From assembly GCF_963921235.1 (NCBI RefSeq), contig NC_086124.1:27652001-27716000 (forward strand): a stretch of 64,000 bases of DNA, read 5' to 3'. The stretch comes from Mobula hypostoma. Lineage: Eukaryota. The position numbers and the translations under genes were made by a program. This document shows, piece after piece, positions 9,040 to 24,000 of this stretch. Each line of letters opens with the position of its first letter. Position 1 is the stretch's first letter. The notes under the pieces were generated by a model that did no database searches, had not been told where the DNA came from, and saw only the letters and a program-made list of their open reading frames with translations.

Positions 9040-12000
9040 CTCTCCCCGCAGCCCCGTGTCAGTCCCCAAACTAATCCCACTACCCCACTCTCTCCCCACA
9101 GCCCTGTGTCACCCCAAACTAATCCCACTACCTCCACTCTATCCCCACAGCCCTGTGTCACCCCAAACTAGCCCCAATACCCCACTCTCTCCCCACAGCC
9201 CTGTGTCAGTCCCCAAACTAATCCCACTGTCCCACTCTCTCTCCACAGCCCTGTGTCAGTCCCCAAACTAATCCCACTGCCCCACTCTCTCCCCACAGCC
9301 CTGTGTCACCCCAAACTAATCCCACTACCTCCACTCTCTCCCCACAGCCCTGTGTCACCCCAAACTAGCCCCAATACCCCACTCTCTCCCCACAGCCCTG
9401 TGTCACCCCAAACTAATCCCACTACCTCCACTCTCTCCCCACAGCCCTGTGTTGCCCCAAACTAATCCCACTGTCCCACTCTCTCTCCACAGCCCTGTGT
9501 CAGTCCCCAAACTAATCCCACTGTCCCACTCTCTCTCCACAGCCCTGTGTCAGTCCTCAAACTAATCCCACTGTCCCACTCTCTCTCCACAGCCCTGTGT
9601 CAGTCCCCAAACTAATCCCACTGTCCCACTCTCTCTCCACAGCCCTGTGTCAGTCCCCAAACTAATCCCACTGTCCCACTCTCTCTCCACAGCCCTGTGT
9701 CAGTCCCCAAACTAATCCCACTGTCCCACTCTCTCCCCACAGCCCTGTGTCAGTCCCCAAACTAATCCCACTGTCCCACTCTCTCCCCACAGCCCTGTGT
9801 CAGTCCCCAAACTAATCCCACTGTCCCACTCTCTCCCCACAGCCCTGTGTCACCCCAAACTAATCCCACTACCTCCACTCTCTCCCCACAGCCCTGTGTC
9901 ACCCCAAACTAGCCCCAATACCCCACTCTCTCCCCACAGCCCTGTGTCACCCCAAACTAATCCCACTACCTCCACTCTCTCCCCACAGCCCTGTGTTGCC
10001 CCAAACTAATCCCACTGTCCCACTCTCTCTCCACAGCCCTGTGTCAGTCCCCAAACTAATCCCACTGTCCCACTCTCTCTCCACAGCCCTGTGTCAGTCC
10101 TCAAACTAATCCCACTGTCCCACTCTCTCTCCACAGCCCTGTGTCAGTCCCCAAACTAATCCCACTGTCCCACTCTCTCTCCACAGCCCTGTGTCAGTCC
10201 CCAAACTAATCCCACTGTCCCACTCTCTCCCCACAGCCCTGTGTCAGTCCCCAAACTAATCCCACTGTCCCACTCTCTCCCCACAGCCCTGTGTCACCCC
10301 AAACTAATCCCACTGTCCCACTCTCTCCCCACAGCCCTGTGTCAGTCCCCAAACTAATCCCACTGTCCCACTCTCTCTCCACAGCCCTGTGTCAGTCCCC
10401 AAACTAATCCCACTGTCCCACTCTCTCTCCACAGCCCTGTGTCAGTCCCCAAACTAATCCCACTGTCCCACTCTCTCCCCACAGCCCTGTGTCAGTCCCC
10501 AAACTAATCCCACTGTCCCACTCTCTCCCCACAGCCCTGTGTCAGTCCCCAAACTAATCCCACTGTCCCACTCTCTCCCCACAGCCCTGTGTCAGTCCCC
10601 AAACTAATCCCACTGTCCCACTCTCTCTCCACAGCCCTGTGTCAGTCCCCAAACTAATCCCACTGTCCCACTCTCTCCCCACAGCCCTGTGTCAGTCCCC
10701 AAACTAATCCCACTGTCCCACTCTCTCTCCACAGCCCTGTGTCAGTCCCCAAACTAATCCCACTGTCCCACTCTCTCCCCACAGCCCTGTGTCAGTCCCC
10801 AAACTAATCCCACTGTCCCACTCTCTCCCCACAGCCCTGTGTCAGTCCCCAAACTAATCCCACTGCCCCACTCTCTCCCCACAGCCCTGTGTCAGTCCCC
10901 AAACTAATCCCACTGTCCCACTCTCTCTCCACAGCCCTGTGTCAGTCCCCAAACTAATCCCACTGTCCCACTCTCTCCCCACAGCCCTGTGTCAGTCCCC
11001 AAACTAATCCCACTGTCCCACTCTCTCTCCACAGCCCTGTGTCACCCCAAACTAATCCCACTGTCCCACTCTCTCTCCACAGCCCTGTGTCAGTCCCCAA
11101 ACTAATCCCACTGTCCCACTCTCTCTCCACAGCCCTGTGTCAGTCCCCAAACTAATCCCACTGTCCCACTCTCTCTCCACAGCCCTGTGTCAGTCCCCAA
11201 ACTAATCCCACTGTCCCACTCTCTCCCCACAGCCCTGTGTCAGTCCCCAAACTAATCCCACTGTCCCACTCTCTCCCCACAGCCCTGTGTCAGTCCCCAA
11301 ACTAATCCCACTGTCCCACTCTCTCCCCACAGCCCTGTGTCAGTCCCCAAACTAATCCCACTGTCCCACTCTCTCTCCACAGCCCTGTGTCAGTCCCCAA
11401 ACTAATCCCACTGTCCCACTCTCTCCCCACAGCCCTGTGTCAGTCCCCAAACTAATCCCACTGTCCCACTCTCTCCCCACAGCCCTGTGTCAGTCCCCAA
11501 ACTAATCCCACTGTCCCACTCTCTCTCCACAGCCCTGTGTCAGTCCCCAAACTAATCCCACTGTCCCACTCTCTCCCCACAGCCCTGTGTCAGTCCCCAA
11601 ACTAATCCCACTGTCCCACTCTCTCTCCACAGCCCTGTGTCAGTCCCCAAACTAATCCCACTGTCCCACTCTCTCCCCACAGCCCTGTGTCAGTCCCCAA
11701 ACTAATCCCACTGTCCCACTCTCTCCTCCACAGCCCTGTGTCAGTCCCCAAACTAATCCCACTGTCCCACTCTCTCTCCACAGCCCTGTGTCAGTCCCCA
11801 AACTAATCCCACTGTCCCACTCTCTCCCCACAGCCCTGTGTCAGTCCCCAAACTAATCCCACTGTCCCACTCTCTCCCCACAGCCCTGTGTCACCCCAAA
11901 CTAATCCCACTGTCCCACTCTCTCCCCACAGCCCTGTGTCAGTCCCCAAACTAATCCCACTGTCCCACTCTCTCCCCACAGCCCTGTGTCAGTCCCCAAA

Positions 12001-15000
12001 CTAATCCCACTGTCCCACTCTCTCCCCACAGCCCTGTGTCAGTCCCCAAACTAATCCCACTGTCCCACTCTCTCCCCACAGCCCTGTGTCACCCCAAACT
12101 AATCCCACTGTCCCACTCTCTCCCCACAGCCCTGTGTCACCCCAAACTAATCCCACTGTCCCACTCTCTCCCCACAGCCCTGTGTCAGTCCCCAAACTAA
12201 TCCCACTGTCCCACTCTCTCCCCACAGCCCTGTGTCAGTCCCCAAACTAATCCCACTGTCCCACTCTCTCCCCACAGCCCTGTGTCAGTCCCCAAACTAA
12301 TCCCACTGTCCCACTCTCTCCCCACAGCCCTGTGTCACCCCAAACTAATCCCACTACCTCCACTCTCTCCCCACAGCCCTGTGTCACCCCAAACTAATCC
12401 CACTGTCCCACTCTCTCTCCACAGCCCTGTGTCAGTCCCCAAACTAATCCCACTGTCCCACTCTCTCCCCACAGCCCTGTGTCAGTCCCCAAACTAATCC
12501 CACTGTCCCACTCTCTCCCCACAGCCCTGTGTCAGTCCCCAAACTAATCCCACTGTCCCACTCTCTCTCCACAGCCCTGTGTCAGTCCCCAAACTAATCC
12601 CACTGTCCCACTCTCTCTCCACAGCCCTGTGTCAGTCCCCAAACTAATCCCACTGTCCCACTCTCTCCCCACAGCCCTGTGTCAGTCCCCAAACTAATCC
12701 CACTGTCCCACTCTCTCCCCACAGCCCTGTGTCAGTCCCCAAACTAATCCCACTGTCCCACTCTCTCTCCACAGCCCTGTGTCAGTCCCCAAACTAATCC
12801 CACTGTCCCACTCTCTCCCCACAGCCCTGTGTCAGTCCCCAAACTAATCCCACTGTCCCACTCTCTCTCCACAGCCCTGTGTCAGTCCCCAAACTAATCC
12901 CACTGTCCCACTCTCTCTCCACAGCCCTGTGTCAGTCCCCAAACTAATCCCACTGTCCCACTCTCTCCCCACAGCCCTGTGTCAGTCCCCAAACTAATCC
13001 CACTGTCCCACTCTCTCTCCACAGCCCTGTGTCAGTCCCCAAACTAATCCCACTGTCCCACTCTCTCCCCACAGCCCTGTGTCAGTCCCCAAACTAATCC
13101 CACTGTCCCACTCTCTCTCCACAGCCCTGTGTCAGTCCCCAAACTAATCCCACTGTCCCACTCTCTCCCCACAGCCCTGTGTCAGTCCCCAAACTAATCC
13201 CACTGTCCCACTCTCTCTCCACAGCCCTGTGTCAGTCCCCAAACTAATCCCACTGTCCCACTCTCTCCCCACAGCCCTGTGTCAGTCCCCAAACTAATCC
13301 CACTGTCCCACTCTCTCCCCACAGCCCTGTGTCAGTCCCCAAACTAATCCCACTGTCCCACTCTCTCCCCACAGCCCTGTGTCAGTCCCCAAACTAATCC
13401 CACTGTCCCACTCTCTCCCCACAGCCCTGTGTCAGTCCCCAAACTAATCCCACTGTCCCACTCTCTCTCCACAGCCCTGTGTCAGTCCCCAAACTAATCC
13501 CACTGTCCCACTCTCTCCCCACAGCCCTGTGTCAGTCCCCAAACTAATCCCACTGTCCCACTCTCTCCCCACAGCCCTGTGTCAGTCCCCAAACTAATCC
13601 CACTGTCCCACTCTCTCTCCACAGCCCTGTGTCAGTCCCCAAACTAATCCCACTGTCCCACTCTCTCTCCACAGCCCTGTGTCAGTCCCCAAACTAATCC
13701 CACTGTCCCACTCTCTCCCCACAGCCCTGTGTCAGTCCCCAAACTAATCCCACTGTCCCACTCTCTCCCCACAGCCCTGTGTCAGTCCCCAAACTAATCC
13801 CACTGTCCCACTCTCTCCCCACAGCCCTGTGTCAGTCCCCAAACTAATCCCACTGTCCCACTCTCTCCCCACAGCCCTGTGTCAGTCCCCAAACTAATCC
13901 CACTGTCCCACTCTCTCCCCACAGCCCTGTGTCAGTCCCCAAACTAATCCCACTGTCCCACTCTCTCCCCACAGCCCTGTGTCAGTCCCCAAACTAATCC
14001 CACTGTCCCACTCTCTCCCCACAGCCCTGTGTCAGTCCCCAAACTAATCCCACTGTCCCACTCTCTCCCCACAGCCCTGTGTCAGTCCCCAAACTAATCC
14101 CACTGTCCCACTCTCTCCCCACAGCCCTGTGTCAGTCCCCAAACTAATCCCACTGTCCCACTCTCTCCCCACAGCCCTGTGTCAGTCCCCAAACTAATCC
14201 CACTGTCCCACTCTCTCCCCACAGCCCTGTGTCAGTCCCCAAACTAATCCCACTGTCCCACTCTCTCCCCACAGCCCTGTGTCAGTCCCCAAACTAATCC
14301 CACTGTCCCACTCTCTCCCCACAGCCCTGTGTCAGTCCCCAAACTAATCCCACTGTCCCACTCTCTCTCCACAGCCCTGTGTCAGTCCCCAAACTAATCC
14401 CACTGTCCCACTCTCTCTCCACAGCCCTGTGTCAGTCCCCAAACTAATCCCACTGTCCCACTCTCTCCCCACAGCCCTGTGTCAGTCCCCAAACTAATCC
14501 CACTGTCCCACTCTCTCCCCACAGCCCTGTGTCAGTCCCCAAACTAATCCCACTGTCCCACTCTCTCCCCACAGCCCTGTGTCAGTCCCCAAACTAATCC
14601 CACTGTCCCACTCTCTCCCCACAGCCCTGTGTCAGTCCCCAAACTAATCCCACTGTCCCACTCTCTCCCCACAGCCCTGTGTCAGTCCCCAAACTAATCC
14701 CACTGTCCCACTCTCTCCCCACAGCCCTGTGTCAGTCCCCAAACTAATCCCACTGTCCCACTCTCTCCCCACAGCCCTGTGTCAGTCCCCAAACTAATCC
14801 CACTGTCCCACTCTCTCCCCACAGCCCTGTGTCAGTCCCCAAACTAATCCCACTGTCCCACTCTCTCCCCACAGCCCTGTGTCAGTCCCCAAACTAATCC
14901 CACTGTCCCACTCTCTCCCCACAGCCCTGTGTCAGTCCCCAAACTAATCCCACTGTCCCACTCTCTCCCCACAGCCCTGTGTCAGTCCCCAAACTAATCC

Positions 15001-18000
15001 CACTGTCCCACTCTCTCTCCACAGCCCTGTGTCACCCAAACTAATCACTGTCCACAGCCCCCCAAACTAATCCCACTGTCCCACTCTCTCTCCACAGCCC
15101 TGTGTCAGTCCCCAAACTAATCCCACTGTCCCACTCTCTCCCCACAGCCCTGTGTCAGTCCCCAAACTAATCCCACTGTCCCACTCTCTCTCCACAGCCC
15201 TGTGTCAGTCCCCAAACTAATCCCACTGTCCCACTCTCTCCCCACAGCCCTGTGTCAGTCCCCAAACTAATCCCACTGTCCCACTCTCTCTCCACAGCCC
15301 TGTGTCAGTCCCCAAACTAATCCCACTGTCCCACTCTCTCTCCACAGCCCTGTGTCAGTCCCCAAACTAATCCCACTGTCCCACTCTCTCTCCACAGCCC
15401 TGTGTCAGTCCCCAAACTAATCCCACTGTCCCACTCTCTCCCCACAGCCCTGTGTCAGTCCCCAAACTAATCCCACTGTCCCACTCTCTCTCCACAGCCC
15501 TGTGTCAGTCCCCAAACTAATCCCACTGTCCCACTCTCTCCCCACAGCCCTGTGTCAGTCCCCAAACTAATCCCACTGTCCCACTCTCTCTCCACAGCCC
15601 TGTGTCAGTCCCCAAACTAATCCCACTGTCCCACTCTCTCCCCACAGCCCTGTGTCAGTCCCCAAACTAATCCCACTGTCCCACTCTCTCCCACAGCCCT
15701 GTGTCAGTCCCCAAACTAATCCCACTGTCCCACTCTCTCTCCACAGCCCTGTGTCAGTCCCCAAACTAATCCCACTGTCCCACTCTCTCCCCACAGCCCT
15801 GTGTCAGTCCCCAAACTAATCCCACTGTCCCACTCTCTCTCCACAGCCCTGTGTGTCAGTCCCCAAACTAATCCCACTGTCCCACTCTCTCTCCACAGCC
15901 CTGTGTCAGTCCCCAAACTAATCCCACTGTCCCACTCTCTCCCCACAGCCCTGTGTCAGTCCCCAAACTAATCCCACTGTCCCACTCTCTCCCCACAGCC
16001 CTGTGTCAGTCCCCAAACTAATCCCACTGTCCCACTCTCTCTCCACAGCCCTGTGTCAGTCCCCAAACTAATCCCACTGTCCCACTCTCTCCCCACAGCC
16101 CTGTGTCAGTCCCCAAACTAATCCCACTGTCCCACTCTCTCTCCACAGCCCTGTGTCAGTCCCCAAACTAATCCCACTGTCCCACTCTCTCCCCACAGCC
16201 CTGTGTCAGTCCCCAAACTAATCCCACTGTCCCACTCTCTCCCCACAGCCCTGTGTCAGTCCCCAAACTAATCCCACTGTCCCACTCTCTCCCCACAGCC
16301 CTGTGTCAGTCCCCAAACTAATCCCACTGTCCCACTCTCTCTCCACAGCCCTGTGTCAGTCCCCAAACTAATCCCACTGTCCCACTCTCTCTCCACAGCC
16401 CTGTGTCAGTCCCCAAACTAATCCCACTGTCCCACTCTCTCCCCACAGCCCTGTGTCAGTCCCCAAACTAATCCCACTGTCCCACTCTCTCCCCACAGCC
16501 CTGTGTCAGTCCCCAAACTAATCCCACTGTCCCACTCTCTCCCCACAGCCCTGTGTCAGTCCCCAAACTAATCCCACTGTCCCACTCTCTCTCCACAGCC
16601 CTGTGTCAGTCCCCAAACTAATCCCACTGTCCCACTCTCTCCCCACAGCCCTGTGTCAGTCCCCAAACTAATCCCACTGTCCCACTCTCTCTCCACAGCC
16701 CTGTGTCAGTCCCCAAACTAATCCCACTGTCCCACTCTCTCTCCACAGCCCTGTGTCAGTCCCCAAACTAATCCCACTGTCCCACTCTCTCTCCACAGCC
16801 CTGTGTCAGTCCCCAAACTAATCCCACTGTCCCACTCTCTCCCCACAGCCCTGTGTCAGTCCCCAAACTAATCCCACTGTCCCACTCTCTCCCCACAGCC
16901 CTGTGTCAGTCCCCAAACTAATCCCACTGTCCCACTCTCTCTCCACAGCCCTGTGTCAGTCCCCAAACTAATCTCACTGTCCCACTCTCTCCCCACAGCC
17001 CTGTGTCAGTCCCCAAACTAATCCCACTGTCCCACTCTCTCTCCACAGCCCTGTGTCAGTCCCCAAACTAATCCCACTGTCCCACTCTCTCTCCACAGCC
17101 CTGTGTCAGTCCCCAAACTAATCCCACTGTCCCACTCTCTCCCCACAGCCCTGTGTCAGTCCCCAAACTAATCCCACTGTCCCACTCTCTCTCCACAGCC
17201 CTGTGTCAGTCCCCAAACTAATCCCACTGTCCCACTCTCTCTCCACAGCCCTGTGTCAGTCCCCAAACTAATCCCACTGTCCCACTCTCTCCCACAGCCC
17301 TGTGTCAGTCCCCAAACTAATCCCACTGTCCCACTCTCTCTCCACAGCCCTGTGTCAGTCCCCAAACTAATCCCACTGTCCCACTCTCTCCCCACAGCCC
17401 TGTGTCAGTCCCCAAACTAATCCCACTGTCCCACTCTCTCCCCACAGCCCTGTGTCAGTCCCCAAACTAATCCCACTGTCCCACTCTCTCTCCACAGCCC
17501 TGTGTCAGTCCCCAAACTAATCCCACTGTCCCACTCTCTCCCCACAGCCCTGTGTCAGTCCCCAAACTAATCCCACTGTCCCACTCTCTCCCCACAGCCC
17601 TGTGTCAGTCCCCAAACTAATCCCACTGTCCCACTCTCTCCCCACAGCCCTGTGTCAGTCCCCAAACTAATCCCACTGTCCCACTCTCTCTCCACAGCCC
17701 TGTGTCAGTCCCCAAACTAATCCCACTGTCCCACTCTCTCCCCACAGCCCTGTGTCAGTCCCCAAACTAATCCCACTGTCCCACTCTCTCTCCACAGCCC
17801 TGTGTCAGTCCCCAAACTAATCCCACTGTCCCACTCTCTCCCCACAGCCCTGTGTCAGTCCCCAAACTAATCCCACTGTCCCACTCTCTCTCCACAGCCC
17901 TGTGTCAGTCCCCAAACTAATCCCACTGTCCCACTCTCTCCCCACAGCCCTGTGTCAGTCCCCAAACTAATCCCACTGTCCCACTCTCTCCCCACAGCCC

Positions 18001-21000
18001 TGTGTCAGTCCCCAAACTAATCCCACTGTCCCACTCTCTCCCCACAGCCCTGTGTCAGTCCCCAAACTAATCCCACTGTCCCACTCTCTCCCCACAGCCC
18101 TGTGTCAGTCCCCAAACTAATCCCACTGTCCCACTCTCTCCCCACAGCCCTGTGTCAGTCCCCAAACTAATCCCACTGTCCCACTCTCTCTCCACAGCCC
18201 TGTGTCAGTCCCCAAACTAATCCCACTGTCCCACTCTCTCTCCACAGCCCTGTGTCAGTCCCCAAACTAATCCCACTGTCCCACTCTCTCTCCACAGCCC
18301 TGTGTCAGTCCCCAAACTAATCCCACTGTCCCACTCTCTCTCCACAGCCCTGTGTCAGTCCCCAAACTAATCCCACTGTCCCACTCTCTCCCCACAGCCC
18401 TGTGTCAGTCCCCAAACTAATCCCACTGTCCCACTCTCTCCCCACAGCCCTGTGTCAGTCCCCAAACTAATCCCACTGTCCCACTCTCTCCCCACAGCCC
18501 TGTGTCAGTCCCCAAACTAATCCCACTGTCCCACTCTCTCCCCACAGCCCTGTGTCACCCAAACTAATCCCACTGTCCCACTCTCTCCCCACAGCCCTGT
18601 GTCAGTCCCCAAACTATCCCATCCCACTGTCCCACTCTCTCCCCACAGCCCTGTGTCAGTCCCCAAACTAATCCCACTGTCCCACTCTCTCCCCACAGCC
18701 CTGTGTCAGTCCCCAAACTAATCCCACTGTCCCACTCTCTCCCCACAGCCCTGTGTCAGTCCCCAAACTAATCCCACTGTCCCACTCTCTCCCCACAGCC
18801 CTGTGTCAGTCCCCAAACTAATCCCACTGTCCCACTCTCTCCCCACAGCCCTGTGTCAGTCCCCAAACTAATCCCACTGTCCCACTCTCTCTCCACAGCC
18901 CTGTGTCAGTCCCCAAACTAATCCCACTGTCCCACTCTCTCCCCACAGCCCTGTGTCAGTCCCCAAACTAATCCCACTGTCCCACTCTCTCCCCACAGCC
19001 CTGTGTCAGCCCCAAACTAATCCCACTGTCCCACTCTCTCCCCACAGCCCTGTGTCAGTCCCCAAACTAATCCCACTGTCCCACTCTCTCCCCACAGCCC
19101 TGTGTCAGTCCCCAAACTAATCCCACTGTCCCACTCTCTCTCCACAGCCCTGTGTCAGTCCCCAAACTAATCCCACTGTCCCACTCTCTCCCCACAGCCC
19201 TGTGTCAGTCCCCAAACTAATCCCACTGTCCCACTCTCTCTCCACAGCCCTGTGTCAGTCCCCAAACTAATCCCACTGTCCCACTCTCTCCCCACAGCCC
19301 TGTGTCAGTCCCCAAACTAATCCCACTGTCCCACTCTCTCTCCACAGCCCTGTGTCAGTCCCCAAACTAATCCCACTGTCCCACTCTCTCTCCACAGCCC
19401 TGTGTCAGTCCCCAAACTAATCCCACTGTCCCACTCTCTCTCCACAGCCCTGTGTCAGTCCCCAAACTAATCCCACTGTCCCACTCTCTCCCCACAGCCC
19501 TGTGTCAGTCCCCAAACTAATCCCACTGTCCCACTCTCTCTCCACAGCCCTGTGTCAGTCCCCAAACTAATCCCACTGTCCCACTCTCTCCCCACAGCCC
19601 TGTGTCAGTCCCCAAACTAATCCCACTGTCCCACTCTCTCTCCACAGCCCTGTGTCAGTCCCCAAACTAATCCCACTGTCCCACTCTCTCCCCACAGCCC
19701 TGTGTCAGTCCCCAAACTAATCCCACTGTCCCACTCTCTCTCCACAGCCCTGTGTCAGTCCCCAAACTAATCCCACTGTCCCACTCTCTCTCCACAGCCC
19801 TGTGTCAGTCCCCAAACTAATCCCACTGTCCCACTCTCTCTCCACAGCCCTGTGTCAGTCCCCAAACTAATCCCACTGTCCCACTCTCTCCCCACAGCCC
19901 TGTGTTGTCCCCAAACTAATCCCACTGTCCCACTCTCTCCCCACAGCCCTGTGTCAGTCCCCAAACTAATCCCACTGTCCCACTCTCTCTCCACAGCCCT
20001 GTGTCAGTCCCCAAACTAATCCCACTGTCCCACTCTCTCTCCACAGCCCTGTGTCAGTCCCCAAACTAATCCCACTGTCCCACTCTCTCCCCACAGCCCT
20101 GTGTCAGTCCCCAAACTAATCCCACTGTCCCCTCTCTCTCCACAGCCCTGTGTCAGTCCCCAAACTAATCCCACTGTCCCACTCTCTCCCCACAGCCCTG
20201 TGTCAGTCCCCAAACTAATCCCACTGTCCCACTCTCTCCCCACAGCCCTGTGTCAGTCCCCAAACTAATCCCACTGTCCCACTCTCTCTCCACAGCCCTG
20301 TGTCAGTCCCCAAACTAATCCCACTGTCCCACTCTCTCTCCACAGCCCTGTGTCAGTCCCCAAACTAATCCCACTGTCCCACTCTCTCCCCACAGCCCTG
20401 TGTCAGTCCCCAAACTAATCCCACTGTCCCACTCTCTCTCCACAGCCCTGTGTCAGTCCCCAAACTAATCCCACTGTCCCACTCTCTCCCCACAGCCCTG
20501 TGTCAGTCCCCAAACTAATCCCACTGTCCCACTCTCTCCCCACAGCCCTGTGTCAGTCCCCAAACTAATCCCACTGTCCCACTCTCTCCCCACAGCCCTG
20601 TGTCAGTCCCCAAACTAATCCCACTGTCCCACTCTCTCCCCACAGCCCTGTGTCAGTCCCCAAACTAATCCCACTGTCCCACTCTCTCTCCACAGCCCTG
20701 TGTCAGTCCCCAAACTAATCCCACTGTCCCACTCTCTCCCCACAGCCCTGTGTCAGTCCCCAAACTAATCCCACTGTCCCACTCTCTCTCCACAGCCCTG
20801 TGTCACCCCAAACTAATCCCACTGTCCCACTCTCTCTCCACAGCCCTGTGTCAGTCCCCAAACTAATCCCACTGTCCCACTCTCTCCCCACAGCCCTGTG
20901 TCAGTCCCCAAACTAATCCCACTGTCCCACTCTCTCCCCACAGCCCTGTGTCAGTCCCCAAACTAATCCCACTGTCCCACTCTCTCCCCACAGCCCTGTG

Positions 21001-24000
21001 TCAGTCCCCAAACTAATCCCACTGTCCCACTCTCTCTCCACAGCCCTGTGTCAGTCCCCAAACTAATCCCACTGTCCCACTCTCTCCCCACAGCCCTGTG
21101 TCAGTCCCCAAACTAATCCCACTGTCCCACTCTCTCTCCACAGCCCTGTGTCAGTCCCCAAACTAATCCCACTGTCCCACTCTCTCCCCACAGCCCTGTG
21201 TCAGTCCCCAAACTAATCCCACTGTCCCACTCTCTCTCCACAGCCCTGTGTCAGTCCCCAAACTAATCCCACTGTCCCACTCTCTCCCCACAGCCCTGTG
21301 TCAGTCCCCAAACTAATCCCACTGTCCCACTCTCTCTCCACAGCCCTGTGTCAGTCCCCAAACTAATCCCACTGTCCCACTCTCTCCCCACAGCCCTGTG
21401 TCAGTCCCCAAACTAATCCCACTGTCCCACTCTCTCCCCACAGCCCTGTGTCAGTCCCCAAACTAATCCCACTGTCCCACTCTCTCTCCACAGCCCTGTG
21501 TCAGTCCCCAAACTAATCCCACTGTCCCACTCTCTCTCCACAGCCCTGTGTCAGTCCCCAAACTAATCCCACTGTCCCACTCTCTCTCCACAGCCCTGTG
21601 TCAGTCCCCAAACTAATCCCACTGTCCCACTCTCTCTCACAGCCCTCCACAGCCCTGTGTCAGTCCCCAAACTAATCCCACTGTCCCACTCTCTCTCCAC
21701 AGCCCTGTGTCAGTCCCCAAACTAATCCCACTGTCCCACTCTCTCCACAGCCCTGTGTCAGTCCCCAAACTAATCCCACTCCCACTCTCTCTCCACAGCC
21801 CTGTGTCAGTCCCCAAACTAATCCCACTGTCCCACTCTCTCCCCACAGCCCTGTGTCAGTCCCCAAACTCCCACTGTCCCACTCTCTCCCCACAGCCCTG
21901 TGTCAGTCCCCAAACTAATCCCACTCCCACTCTCTCCCCACAGCCCTGTGTCAGTCCCCAAACTAATCCCACTGTCCCACTCTCTCTCCACAGCCCTGTG
22001 TCAGTCCCCAAACTAATCCCACTGTCCCACTCTCTCCCCACAGCCCTGTGTCAGTCCCCAAACTAATCCCACTGTCCCACTCTCTCTCCACAGCCCTGTG
22101 TCACCCCAAACTAATCCCACTGTCCCACTCTCTCTCCACAGCCCTGTGTCAGTCCCCAAACTAATCCCACTGTCCCACTCTCTCTCCACAGCCCTGTGTC
22201 AGTCCCCAAACTAATCCCACTGTCCCACTCTCTCTCCACAGCCCTGTGTCAGTCCCCAAACTAATCCCACTGTCCCACTCTCTCCCCACAGCCCTGTGTC
22301 AGTCCCCAAACTAATCCCACTGTCCCACTCTCTCTCCACAGCCCTGTGTCAGTCCCCAAACTAATCCCACTGTCCCACTCTCTCCCCACAGCCCTGTGTC
22401 AGTCCCCAAACTAATCCCACTGTCCCACTCTCTCCCCACAGCCCTGTGTCAGTCCCCAAACTAATCCCACTGTCCCACTCTCTCCCCACAGCCCTGTGTC
22501 AGTCCCCAAACTAATCCCACTGTCCCACTCTCTCCCCACAGCCCTGTGTCAGTCCCCAAACTAATCCCACTGCCCCACTCTCTCCCCACAGCCCTGTGTC
22601 AGTCCCCAAACTAATCCCACTGTCCCACTCTCTCCCCACAGCCCTGTGTCAGTCCCCAAACTAATCCCACTGTCCCACTCTCTCCCCACAGCCCTGTGTC
22701 AGTCCCCAAACTAATCCCACTGTCCCACTCTCTCCCCACAGCCCTGTGTCAGTCCCCAAACTAATCCCACTGTCCCACTCTCTCCCCACAGCCCTGTGTC
22801 AGTCCCCAAACTAATCCCACTGTCCCACTCTCTCTCCACAGCCCTGTGTCAGTCCCCAAACTAATCCCACTGTCCCACTCTCTCCCCACAGCCCTGTGTC
22901 AGTCCCCAAACTAATCCCACTGTCCCACTCTCTCTCCACAGCCCTGTGTCATCCCCAAACTAATCCCACTGTCCCACTCTCTCCCCACAGCCCTGTGTCA
23001 GTCCCCAAACTAATCCCACTGTCCCACTCTCTCCCCACAGCCCTGTGTCAGTCCCCAAACTAATCCCACTGTCCCACTCTCTCCCCACAGCCCTGTGTCA
23101 GTCCCCAAACTAATCCCACTGTCCCACTCTCTCCCCACAGCCCTGTGTCAGTCCCCAAACTAATCCCACTGTCCCACTCTCTCCCCACAGCCCTGTGTCA
23201 GTCCCCAAACTAATCCCACTGTCCCACTCTCTCCCCACAGCCCTGTGTCAGTCCCCAAACTAATCCCACTGTCCCACTCTCTCTCCACAGCCCTGTGTCA
23301 GTCCCCAAACTAATCCCACTGTCCCACTCTCTCTCCACAGCCCTGTGTCAGTCCCCAAACTAATCCCACTGTCCCACTCTCTCTCCCACACAGCCCTGTG
23401 TCAGTCCCCAAACTAATCCCACTGTCCCACTCTCTCTCCACAGCCCTGTGTCAGTCCCCAAACTAATCCCACTGTCCCACTCTCTCTCCACAGCCCTGTG
23501 TCAGTCCCCAAACTAATCCCACTGTCCCACTCTCTCTCCACAGCCCTGTGTCAGTCCCCAAACTAATCCCACTGTCCCACTCTCTCTCCACAGCCCTGTG
23601 TCAGTCCCCAAACTAATCCCACTGTCCCACTCTCTCTCCACAGCCCTGTGTCAGTCCCCAAACTAATCCCACTGTCCCACTCTCTCCCCACAGCCCTGTG
23701 TCAGTCCCCAAACTAATCCCACTGTCCCACTCTCTCCCACAGCCCTGTGTCAGTCCCCAAACTAATCCCACTGTCCCACTCTCCACAGCCCTGTGTCAGT
23801 CCCCAAACTAATCCCACTGTCCCACTCTCTCCCCACAGCCCTGTGTCAGTCCCCAAACTAATCCCACTGTCCCACTCTCTCCCCACAGCCCTGTGTCAGT
23901 CCCCAAACTAATCCCACTGTCCCACTCTCTCCCCACAGCCCTGTGTCAGTCCCCAAACTAATCCCACTGTCCCACTCTCTCCCACAGCCCTGTGTCAGTC

